A DNA stretch of 64,000 nucleotides from Bugula neritina. Its lineage: Eukaryota > Animalia > Bryozoa. A program made the position numbers and the translations under genes. The notes under the pieces are model-generated. The model worked only from the letters and a program-made list of their open reading frames with translations. It did not search any database and had not been told where the DNA came from. The stretch covers positions 17,656,078-17,720,077 of the forward strand of contig OZ037769.1 of assembly GCA_964035545.1 (NCBI GenBank), written 5' to 3'. Below, in pieces: positions 28,561 to 40,032 of this stretch (positions within the stretch are counted from its first letter, which is position 1; the number at the start of each line of letters is the position of its first letter).

Positions 28561-28708
28561 ATGAGTCATGAAATATAACACATGACGCAGCAATAGTCAC
28601 GTGATCAGTTACAGACGACTGAGCACGTGATCAGTTACAGGCGACTGAGCACGCCTGCTGCGCTGTCATTAGTAAGTTGCTCAACTGAAACTGTCATTGC
28701 ACGAAGGT
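28561..28708 (+). promoter_or_regulatory. Promoter-like patch: AP-1 TGAGTCA, ARE-like ATGACGCAGCA, 26-bp tandem duplication with two CACGTGA E-boxes, followed by a splice donor
   Basis: ATGAGTCAT 28561-28569; ATGACGCAGCA 28582-28592; CACGTG at 28598 and 28624; locally CpG-rich; AAG|GTAATC at 28707. Homologous patches occur at ~40800-40900 and ~49920-50020 on the - strand. Confidence 0.4.
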
Positions 28709-31700
28709 AATCCTTTATAATTTAGCATTTTATTTAATATTTTTTACTAACCTTTTACTGACTGTTAATTTGTATTTATTCATAGGCTTGGAATTCACAT
28801 TGAATATTGTATTTAATTGATAGGTTACTACCCATTTCTAGTCAATTTGATTCTGCAGTCATTTGAGCAGATGCAACTGCAAGGCTTATAATAAATTTCA
28901 ATTTAGCTTAGCTTCAAGTTGGCTTAATTTCAACATAACATAATTTACCCTGTTCTTCTCTGGTCTGTTGAACTAAACTACAAAATCAATACTATATGAA
29001 TAATAGTATAATTGAAATCAAATGTTTTAATTTTTTTCACTGTAACCTTACCAGTACAATCAAGTTGAACTTATGCCCAATGGTTTAATTTGTTTGACTT
29101 TATTTTAGTTACATACTCATTATGGTCATAAGCATTCCTTGAAATTGACAAGTTGAATATTTAGTTTAAGCTGCTGTAACTATAAAAAACAAGTTATATT
29201 TCTTATTTGAAGAAATCTCTTTCTTGGTTCTGTAGACTATGTTGAAGTTATCATGGTACAATTTTCAATACTCTAGATTTTAGAGCCTATGAGATGTCCC
29301 ATACATGTCTGTCATCATTTATTCAACAATTTTAATTCATCAAATGTGTTTTGTTTTTTAGAATGTCTCCAAGCAGCTCAGATATTCACACATTAGAGAA
29401 CATATGGTCTACACCAGGAAGATAGGATCTAGCCAACTGTGGTCAGTTCTGAGAGCCCCATCTTGGTTATAATTAGGTATTTATTATTTATGATAACTTA
29501 CTGTGTTTTCAATTTTACAGGATTATAAGGAAAGAATTATCTTGTACTTCTTGTATTTTTCTTGATAACTGATGTCCATAATTCATGTATATCTATTTCA
29601 GTTTGAAGTAGTGAAAAAGTTATGTTTTTTTCATTATTTTAGTCTTGTTAACTCCAAGTTTTGTGGAATTGTTCAAGTTAATCACTTGTAGTCAGTAGAC
29701 TAGTATCTCAGCTCTGCAAACATTCACTATTAGCTAATTAAAATGAAATGTTTTATATATTAAGGTAGTTTAGAATATTCCTTGTCTGTTTTGTAGTTGT
29801 GTTTGACCACATGCAGATAGAAGCTATACCTTGCTATCAAGACCAGTTTTATATCCATGAGATGCTCACAAGCCACATGTAGCAGTTGTCTTCTCTCTGT
29901 GTTTGATTCATCAAAACTTTTCATCAGTTCAGGTTTGTGTCTAAATGAATTGTTTATTGTAACAATATTTACTCTTTCCCTGTGTTATGTGCTATTAGGT
30001 TTTAGCATTCATAAAGCTACTACCAGTGCATGGCAATGAGGTGAACTCAGTTGACCCATATCTGCTCCTTAGTAGTTTTATTCTAGCTCCTAGGGGATAG
30101 CTACTCTCATAAATGATGTTAGATTCAGCTTTTTCTACCTTCCCTTGGACAAAGTTTGATTTAAGATAAGCATAACAAGCGTTACTACTCAAACACTGAA
30201 GCATGTGCTTTTGATCAAAGTTGCAATATAATTGTATAAAGTGTAGAATATATAACTTTGTAAAGTTGTGCACATGGAACTGTATAGAGATGATGATTAA
30301 AATGCAACTGTGTGAGTGTGGTACATGAAATATTCATACTATATGTTCTGTTAGCTATGAACTCCACTCTTGATTGATTTTGCAGTGTAACACTTGGCTG
30401 TTTTTCTGCTTTTAGTTTTAAAAAATTATGGCTGTTTATTTCATTCAAGAATTTCCAAACATGTTTCTAATAAAAGTTAAAACAGCCCATTGTAAAGGCT
30501 CTTGCAAACCTTACCCTAGCTTTAGCTATGTATGTAACCTTCCTGGCTCAAACCCAGTGTTGGTTTGTTTCACTTACAGGTTACTGATGGCTGCTTCATA
30601 ATATTCTTTCTGGATGGTTTGGTATTAGTTGGAGTTGTTTGATCTCTACTTGACCTGAACTATTTTCAGACTGAGGTGAACTACATACTACTCTATTTGA
30701 AGTGTGAGGTTAGCCGGTTATTATACTTTTTGCATGTCTAATTTTTCAGTAGTGTGTTGGAATTTTTGCATCTGTATCAGCTGTGATGAAAAGTAGACTT
30801 AATTTCTGTCAACATAAAACATATTATAGCCAGGAGAATATAAGCTCAGTAGAAGTGAAATTATATGCATCTTATCCTTGTTTGTCTGAATGCCAATACA
30901 AAATTTGACCCAAGAGATGAGAAATCAGCACATGATTAGAATTTTATTTTAAGATTTTACTTTTTATGGTAATGAAATCATTGCCTTCATTGAACACCAT
31001 CAATAAGTAATTTATTTGACTTTGGAGCTGTTTAAGCTGTTTCATGTAAATGCTAGCAGCAAACCTCATTCCAACTAAATGAGCACTCTTCAATCATATT
31101 TGTTATTTTGTCAATTTATTGCTAGCCGTGTGAAAACCTCTTATTAAATAATATAAGTTTACATAGTGCTATGCTTGCTTGTGGTAAGAAAATGAAGTCT
31201 GGTTTTCATTTTAGATATTTTATTATGGTTCTGTCAGCAAATCATGTTTTTTATTTAAATAATTATGACATTCTTCTATACATCTATACATAAATAAGAA
31301 TATGAATTTTCTTTTGTACTTCTCCATTTTGCTTCTGTTGCTTTCTTTACCACTGTTATATAAATTAAGCATTTTATTTCATTGTTTTTCATGATAAGCG
31401 ACTCTGCTTAATTATAGGCTGCTTTCTTCTTACAGTAACTGGTGTGATGGTCACATGGTCAGCTACTGGACAACCAACCAATTGGGTATAAAGTTCGACA
31501 AAGTCATTCTAGATTATTCTTCACATGTGTCAGCTGGATGAGCTATATGGAGGTAATTCCTGTTGTTTTCAATATATTATAGAGATATTCATTGTAGCAG
31601 TCTAAAAAAAGTAGCAAAGTGAAAACAGTTACATCATAAGTTGTAAATGAAGTTGCAAGAAGCAAGCGTAAAGATAGGTGAAAATACTGGGTTGTTATAC

Positions 31701-32622
31701 CAGTCAAAAAGGCCAGCTATATTGTAGTAGCCATAATTAATGTGGAAAAATCGTAATATAGCTTGCATAGCTGTAATAATACATGAAAAGCTATAATGCA
31801 TTTAATCACAATTCAACCAGTAAACAGTTTCAAACTTTTCATCGAGTTGTATTTACAAGAAGTACTAATAAAAGTTGCACTAAGGTTAAACTGATATATT
31901 TTTTTACTTCTCTGTGAGTGGATATGACTTGGATGTTTTATGTGCCTTAACTTTACCTGATTATACATACCTGTGGTGGTTGATGTCTACTTTTATATCA
32001 TAATTATATATTTAGTTTGTTTTACCCTATCAGCTAAATATTCCAATTTTAAATTAATATAGGGAATAGGTTTTAGCAGTGGCAGCTTAATTCTGCTAAA
32101 GTCTCACATAACTTAACTATATACCTCTGGTATTATGCATTATACAATGTACTTATTTTCTGTAGTCTCTAAAACTAGTTTTTGATGCTTCAACTAAATT
32201 TGGTTGCTTTAAAGTCACTTTTATTGTGGATGTCTGCTTTGATTTCTCTATATAATTATTGGTGTGCCATGCATGGGTTTTAAAGCTGTAAACACTGTTT
32301 TACGTTTCACAAAATATATATTGTTGTATCCTATATTATCATGATGTTAGTTATAAAAAAATTTCACTTGTCAAAAAGTGGTAATTTGTATAATTGATAG
32401 TCATGAAAGGGGGGGGGGGAATTCATGTGTTATATAATTCTACTGCACTATAAGGGAGAAAATATGTTGTCCGTATCAACTATCCTGTATAACCCATTGG
32501 CTGTTGAAATTTGGGCATACATGCTTTTACAGATACACTGTATAAGGCTTGAAAGTTGTTGGGACACTACATGAGCAGGGAAAGCTTTTGTTGAATCATT
32601 ACAGCTTTAGTTGTATTAACAT

Positions 32623-32698
32623 AGCTATGTTAGCTACATTAGGCTATGTTAGCTACATTAGGCTATGTTAGCTACATTAGGCTATGGTAGCTACATTA
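32623..32698. repeat. 19-bp tandem repeat (AGGCTATGTTAGCTACATT) x4; inverted counterpart ~x3 at 35580-35638
   Basis: Direct inspection. Confidence 0.9.
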
Positions 32699-32872
32699 TG
32701 TTTTTCTCTGTTGTGTTATTTGCTTATGTACAGCTATTTTGGCTATTCCAGAAAAAAGCTCTTTTCTAGACTAATATAAACCCTGCACTTTCAGCTCTCT
32801 CTTCATTCAGTCTTTGGAAATGCACATCTCTTTTAAAGTAACGGGAACTAACTTGAGAGTTGGTTGTTTTAG

Positions 32873-33186
32873 AAATGCTCACCTTTCATCTGAAGGATTT
32901 AAAGCGCCAAAGGCTTACAGTTCATGCAGGCTAATATATAAGGTAAGTTTCATTTTTCATTTATTGGTGCACACAATTTATTTGATGAAGAATAGTTAAT
33001 AAATTCAGTTTGATACAAAGTTGTTTGTGGATTAGGTGTTATTTATGTTCAACAATTGCTATGGCCATAATAAAAATAGGAAATGTTAGTTTTGAAGTAT
33101 TGAGTTTACATAACTACCATCTCTAAATTGTGTTTTAGGATAGAATTACCCGTGGGGTGGATACCAGGGCTACACAATATACTGTG
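32873..33186 (+). pseudogene. PSMB7: Truncated proteasome subunit beta-7 (beta2) pseudogene fragment, two exons, catalytic Thr1 region deleted
   Basis: Exon 32873-32942 reads (R)NAHLSSEGFKAPKAYSSCRLIYK|GTAAGT. The exon from 33139 reads DRITRGVDTRATQYTV. It is 12 nt shorter than the - copy across TGTTI. Confidence 0.8.
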
Positions 33187-34440
33187 TGTCAGTTTGAGAC
33201 GGAGGGAACACGCCAGTGAGGACTACAGCTCTCGTCTCTACCCCTTCACCTGTGCTAGAAGTGGTGAGACAGTACTGGTCCTATAAATACTACTAGGCAT
33301 GGTGAGACAATGATATACACCTACTTATAATTTTCTTTCTTGAACAAGAACAGGCCATTCCACCACTGGTAGTTATTGCTAGAACGTTTTTGGCTATGTA
33401 GCAGGCTACAATAGTTAGCTATTAAGCCATTAGAGAATAGCCTTTATTTTAAGCTATTTATAGCAAGCAGATGACAAATACAATTAGTAATCAGTATTCT
33501 ATTATAAGGCATAGACCCATAAGGAGTGACCCACAAGGTAGCTATTTTGTATTGCATTATATTCAAATTTTGTTCTTTTGATAGTTTATAGTGTTGTAGC
33601 TTCACTGAATGATATTTCTTGTATTTATGTTTTTTATTGCAGTCAGTTGGTCATGAGTGTATTATATAGTTGACATTGTTTAATAGGTTTCACTGTTAGT
33701 AAAGGTTAGTCACCTAGAAATAAAGATGCAATTCAGTGGCAAATGAGCATCAGACTCTACTTGGTCTTGAGAATGAAAATTTAATATACTGTTGCAAGAA
33801 CGCTCACCAACGGAGCTGGTGGAGACTGTCATAATTTAATATATTATTCTGTTTGTAGGGGCGCTGGCCAATATCAATCAATTCCTCAAGAGTCCCTGCC
33901 TGCTGCACATAGGTTGCGACATCAACTCAGCAGATGTTTTTTATGTCAGCCAATCAGATATGCTGGAGTGAGGCACAAATATATTGCACCGTTGAGCCCT
34001 AGCAGGTGTCTTGTACCATTATTTCTAAGTCTGACATGTGTTCACAGGTGCCTTATGTCTCAGGAGATATGTTGACATGAGCTCACAAGTCTTCTTTTAC
34101 ATTGTTATGTACCAATGCTATAGTAAATATTTTATACTAATTTAAGTCTTTTTGTATACATTTTATCCATGCGTTAGTGTGCAACAATAAACTGATGACT
34201 ATACTATTTTCACCAAGTTTTTTTGATATACCCATTTCTAGGATGTAATTTATCCAATGTATTAGGCTTGCCTTATTATATTACATGCATGATATTCATT
34301 ATTACAAGAATTTTTATGTTTTTTTACATGTATTTTATTTGATTACAAATGCAACAATAAATACTACGGTGGCAGGTGGCTCCCTTTGTGCAAAATGGCT
34401 CTTTCTATTACTTTTCTTGTCTGCAAAGAAAAACCAAAAT

Positions 34441-34565
34441 AGTCTCAGTCTCAGTCTCAGTCTCAGTCTCAGTCTCAGTCTCAGTCTCAGTCTCAGTCTC
34501 AGTCTCAGTCTCAGTCTCAGTCTCAGTCTCAGTCTCAGTCTTATACATATACATATACATATACA
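34441..34565. repeat. (AGTCTC)~17 microsatellite followed by (ATACAT)~4
   Basis: Perfect hexamer run at 34441-34540. Confidence 0.98.
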
Positions 34566-34645
34566 AAAAAGGAAAAAACTGCTTTGACATGCAAAAGTGA
34601 ACAGAGAAGTGCATTGTGGAAAAGGTTGATAAACACTGCACTAAC

Positions 34646-35402
34646 CTCTCTCCTGTTTGCTTTGTCGTAAGGACTGATGTAATGTTTGTGTTGTCAACTC
34701 AGAGGTCCATGTGGGAACCTGGGCCCAGGTCATTGGGTATTCCAACACCAGCTTAACCTGGCTCAACCTACAAAAGTTTCAAGACTTTAGAGCGGAAAGC
34801 AAACCGGAGTACAACAAATTTGTTCCGAAAGAGAAAAGTGAACTGCTTTAAGAGGACAGCAAACAGGACAATAAAGAGAAGAGAACAGGAAAACAAAGTT
34901 ACTAGAATGATTTCAAGCACTTACATGTTCAGTTTCTATTCATTCTCAAAGATGGCCATAGCAATTAGGGAGCAGGACATTACGGTACGTACGTCAGAGG
35001 ATCCATGAGAGCATATGGTGGAGAGTTTGGGGCCTGTAGGGTCCACTCCAAGAAGTAGAAACTAAAGACAGCATGCCAGCTTATCAACAGTATCTTCTGT
35101 AGCCCTGGTATCCATGCCCAGGATAACTCCATCCTAAAATATAAGTTGTGTAAACTCAATACTTTGCAACTAACAATTCCTATTTTTATTATGGCCCTAA
35201 CAATTGTTGAACAATAATAGCAAACACCTAATCCACAAACAACTTTGTCTCAAACTGAATTTATTAACTATTTTTTAACAAATAAATTATGTGCATCAAA
35301 AAATGAAAAATGAAACTTACCTTATATATTATCCCACATATAGTCGTGCCAGTACTGTAACCTTTTGGTGCTGTAAAACCTTTAGATGAAAGATGAGCAT
35401 TT
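34646..35402 (-). pseudogene. PSMB7: Unprocessed (intron-containing) proteasome subunit beta-7 (beta2) pseudogene
   Basis: Exon 35402-35321 reads (R)[27 protein letters not shown] (cf. RNA..GYKLPK.RKTGTTIAGVVYK). 35133-35080 reads DGVILGMDTRATEDTVDK (cf. [20 protein letters not shown]). 35061-34925 reads FLLLGVDPTGPKLSTICSHGSSDV..MSCSLIAMAIFENE*KLNM (cf. [42 protein letters not shown]). 34767-34646 reads KLV..GIPNDLGPGSHMDL*V..PYDKANRRE (cf. GIFNDLGSGSNIDLCV..RPY). Canonical GT-AG boundaries; stops, frameshifts and an internal deletion are present. Confidence 0.93.
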
Positions 35403-38400
35403 CTAAAACAACCAACTCTCAAGATAATTCCTGTTGCTTGAAGAGAGATGTGCGTTCCCAAAGACTGAATGAAGAGAGAGCTGAAAGTGCAGGGTTTATA
35501 TCAGTCTAGAAAATAGCTTTTTTCTGAAATAGCCAACATAGCTGCACACAAGCAAATAACACAACAGAGGAAAACATACTGTAGCTAACATAGCCTAATG
35601 TAGCTAACATAGCCTAATGTAGCTAACATAGCTATGTTAATACAATCAAAGCTGTAATGATTCAACAAAAGCTTTCCATGCTCATGTAATGCCCAAACAA
35701 TTTTTATGCCTTACAGTGTACCTGTAAAAGCACGTATGCCCAAATGTCAACAGCGAACAGGTTATGCAGAATAGATAATGTGGACAACATATTTTCTCCC
35801 TTATAGTGCAGTAGAAATATGTAACACAGGAGTTACCAACCTTTCCCTAATATTCCCCCTTTCATGAATATTTACTATTAATTTCCCCCTTTTGACAAAC
35901 TGTGAAAATTTTTTATAACTGGCATCATGATAATATAGGATACAACAATATACATTATATGAAAAGTGAAGCAGTATTTACAGCTCTAAATCCTGCATGG
36001 CACACTAACAACTATCAAGACAAACATCCACAATAAAAGTGACTTTAAAAACAACAAAATTTAGTTGAAGCATCAATAACCAGTTTTAGAGACTATAGAG
36101 AATAAGAACATTGTATATAATGCATAGTACCAGAGGCATATAGTTTAAATGTGAGACTTTGGCAGAATTTGGCTGCTACTGGTAAAACCCATTCCCTAGT
36201 AATTTAAAATTGGAATATTCAGCTGATTGGGGTAAAATAATATAATTATGATATAAAAGTAGACATCAACCACCAAGGGTATGTATAATCAGGTTAAGAT
36301 AAACCGCATAAAACTTCCAGGCCATACCAACTTATAGAGAAGCAAAATAGTACTCCATGAAAAGTTTGAAACTGTTTACTGGTAAAATTGTGATAAATTA
36401 AAAATTTCCGAATAATTTTATAAGTAGTTTAATCAAGGATTCATGTTATACTTCATAGGAATTGTTGGAACTTTACATAAGTTGGGAAAGCTTTTCCCTA
36501 ATGCATTATAGCTTTTCATGTATTATTACAGCTATGCAAGCTATATTACAATTTTCTGACACTCATTACGGCTACTAAACAATAGCTGACTTTTTTGACT
36601 GGTATAACAACCCAGTATTTTCATCTATCTTTACGCTTGTGTCTTGCAACTACGCTTACAACTTATGATGTAAAGGCTTTTACATCGATACTTTCTTTTA
36701 GACTGCTACAATAAATATCTCTATAATATATTAAAAACAACAGGAATTACCTCCATATAGCTCATCCAGCTGACCCATGTGAAGAATAATCTAGAATGAC
36801 TTTGTCCAACTTTATACCCAATTGGTTGGTTGTCTAGTAGCTGACCATCTGACCATCACAGCAGTTACTGCAAGAAGAAAGCAGTCTATAATTATGTGGT
36901 GTTGCATATCATGAAAAACAATGAAATAAAATACTAAATATAACTTATTTTATAAAACATTATTGAAGAAAGCAACAAAAGTAAAAATGGAGAACAACAG
37001 GGGGGGGGGGAATTCACATTTTTTATTGATGTATAGGTGTACAGAAGAGTGTCACACTTGATTAATTTAAAAAAATGATTTGTTGAAAGAGCCATAACCA
37101 AAAATCAAAATTGAAAGCCTGACTTGTTTTCTTACCACAAGCAAACATAGCACTATGTAAACTTATATTTTTTAATAAGAGGTTTTCACACATTCAGCAA
37201 TAAATTGACAGAACAAGAAATATGATTGAAAAGTGCTCATTTAGATGGAATGAGATTTGGTAGTATTTACAAGGTCCAAAATCAAATGAATTACTTATTG
37301 ATGGTTTTCAATGAATGCAATGAATGTATTAACATGAAAGTAAAATCCTAAAATAAAATTCCAATCATGTGCTGATTTTTCATCTCTTCAGTCAAGTTTT
37401 GTATGGAGCTAGGGTAAGGTTGGCAAGAGCTATTACAATAGGCTGTTTTAACTTTCATTAGAAATGCATATGGCAATTCTTGAATGAAATAAACAGCTAA
37501 AACTTTTAAAGCTAAATATAACGGCAGAAAAACAGCCAAGTGTTACGGTAGAATTAATCAACAGTGGACTTCATAGCTAACAGGACATATAGTATCAGTA
37601 TTTTATGTGCCGAACAGTACAGTTTCCTTTTAATCATCACTCTATAGTACAGTTCTATGTGCACAACTTCCCAAAGTTATATATTCTACACCTTACACAA
37701 TTATATTGCAACTTTTATCAAAAGCACATGCTTCAGTGTTTGAGTAGTAACGCTTGTTATGCTTATCCTAAATCATACTTTGTCCAAGGGAAGGTAGAAA
37801 AAGCTGAATCTAACATCATTTATGAGAGTAGCTATCTCCTGGTAGTAGCTTTATGAATGCTAAAACCTACTAGCACATAACACAGGGAAAGAGCAAATAT
37901 TGTTACAATAAACAATTCATTTAGACACAAACCTGAATGGATGAACAGTTTCGGTGAACCTAACACAGAGAGAAGACAACTTCTACATGTCGGCTTGTGA
38001 GCATCTCATGGATATAAAACCGGTCTTGATAGCAAGAGAACTTTTATCTGCATGTGGTTAAACACAACTACAAAACAGACAATAAATATTCTAAACTACC
38101 TTAATATATAAAACATTTTATTTTAATTAGCTAATAGTAAATGTTTGCAGAGCTGAGATACTAGTCTACTGACTACAAGTGATTAACTTGAACAAATTCA
38201 CAAGACTTGGAGTTAACAAGACTAAAATAATAAATAAACCATAACATTTTTACTACCAGTTCAAACAGAAATAGATATACATGAATTATAGACATCAGTT
38301 ATCAAGAAGAATACAAGAAGCACAAGATAATTCTTCCAATACATCGTGTAAAACTAGTAAAATTGAAACCACAGAGAAAATTATTGTAAATAATAAATAC

Positions 38401-39614
38401 CTAATTATAACCAAAATGGGGCTCACAGAACTGACCACAGCTGGCTAGGTCCTATCTTCCTGGTGTAGACCATATGTTCTCTAATGTGTGAATATCTGAG
38501 CTGCTCGGAGACATTCTAAAAAACAAAACACATTTGACAAATTGAAGTTGTTGAATAAATGATGACAGACATGTATGAGACAAATTATAGACTGTGAAAT
38601 CTAGAGTATGGGAAATTTGTATCATGATAAAATCAACTTAGTCTACAGAACCAGGAAAGACACTTCTTTGAATCAAAAACTTTTTCAGTTGAAACAACGT
38701 AAACTGAATATTCCACTTTTTAATTTCAAGGAATGATTATGACTATAATATGAGTATGTAACTGAAATAAAGTCAAAGAAATTGAATTATTGGGTAGGAG
38801 TTAAAATTTATTGCACAGTTATGGCTATTTTGAAAAGGAAAGTTGATTTCAATTATTAGCCATACAGTACAGAGTAGCAAATCAATGAATTAAAATCATA
38901 AGCTTGTACATGTGGTGAGCAAAGCAACAGCCGCACTATTACAGAAAGGTCATTGTAAAATGTTAGTGTAAATATTTGTGTGAAGTTTAATACTCCTGCA
39001 GAGGGCTTGATATAGAATCACAAAAAATATGTCTAATGATCATATATCACAACAGAATACCGTAATTATTAAAACATCATTATATTAATATATAAATTAA
39101 CCATCCCTTCAGTGTGGATAACAATTAATTAAGGCAAGCAGATAAAATCAAGCTGAAGACAGGTTTATTGTAAAATGAAAAATTTATAGAACGAAAATGG
39201 AAAAAAAACTGCAAACACTGAAATAAAAATAAAATATGATACAAGCAAAAATGGCTTGGCATATTATATAATTAGTGGTAGGTACAGCAGCACCAATATT
39301 ATGCTTAGACAAGAAATTATCCCAAAGGATAAATTTTCAATAAACTAAAGAAATGAGCACTGACTCACTGCATCAACTATTAGCTAGAAAACCTTACATC
39401 AAACTAAAAGCAGTATAACAGCTAGGGTGCTAAAATGTATAGCTCACTATTTGTAGTATTACTAACATTATTATTCCTAGTATATTGATTTTGTGGTTTA
39501 GTTCAACAAACCAGAGGAGAACAGGGTAAAATTGTTACCTTGAAATCAAGCCAATTCAAAGCCAAGCTAAATTGAGATTTATTATATAAGCCTTGCAGCT
39601 GCATTTACTCAATT

Positions 39615-40032
39615 GAGTGCTTTAAATATTTGTTTTTGTTTTTGGAAATTTTTTAAAAGTTCTTAAACTTGTTCATTGAGCTAAAACATATAAAACACTA
39701 TAAATTAAGCTCATGAATTACAACCATGTTCAGTGCCAGTGAGATGCACAGAATAAAACGTGTCCATCATTGAAACTGTAATTAAATCAAGTTTATGTTG
39801 ATAATCAAATAAAGTTTGTTCAATTAAACAATTTATTTGTTCAATTAAACAATTTATTTATAATTTTTATTATAAATCTTTAGTGAAAACATGTAACAAA
39901 GGGCAAAAAACTGGGTGAAATCATCCGCAACTACCCTCTGTAAACATATAGTAATATGAGGCACGCCTCCTACCGATAAGTAGCATAATGGTGGACAACG
40001 CCCTAAAATCGCCGCTCTCATATCGATCATCT
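39615..40032. mobile_element. Right half of the same MITE (5'-truncated by rearrangement)
   Basis: Matches ~47937-48327, including the right TIR CCCTAAAATCGCCGCTCTCATATCGATCATCT at 40001-40032. Confidence 0.8.

Larger units (their letters stand above)
28266..33186 (+). repeat. Forward copy of the subtelomeric segmental repeat (left arm of large imperfect palindrome)
   Basis: It is the reverse complement of blocks in 35086-52055, e.g. 29362-29476 vs 38401-38515, 31436-31552 vs ~36750-36867 and 32873-32942 vs 35321-35402. The ORF pairs 29995-30273(-)/43738-44109(+) and 32814(+)/35264(-) mirror each other. Confidence 0.95.

Noticed and set aside
29363-29425. Tc1-like SPDLNPIENLW resemblance (PSSSDIHTLENIWS)
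   Set aside because: Too short, followed immediately by a stop, and no other DDE motifs or TIRs.
30783-30889. C/D-box snoRNA candidate (GTGATGA...CTGA) in an intron-like segment
   Set aside because: It has no terminal stem and no recognisable rRNA-complementary guide, and the segment is absent from the other copies.
34285-34641. SL/SV/ET dipeptide ORFs
   Set aside because: Product of the (AGTCTC)n microsatellite.
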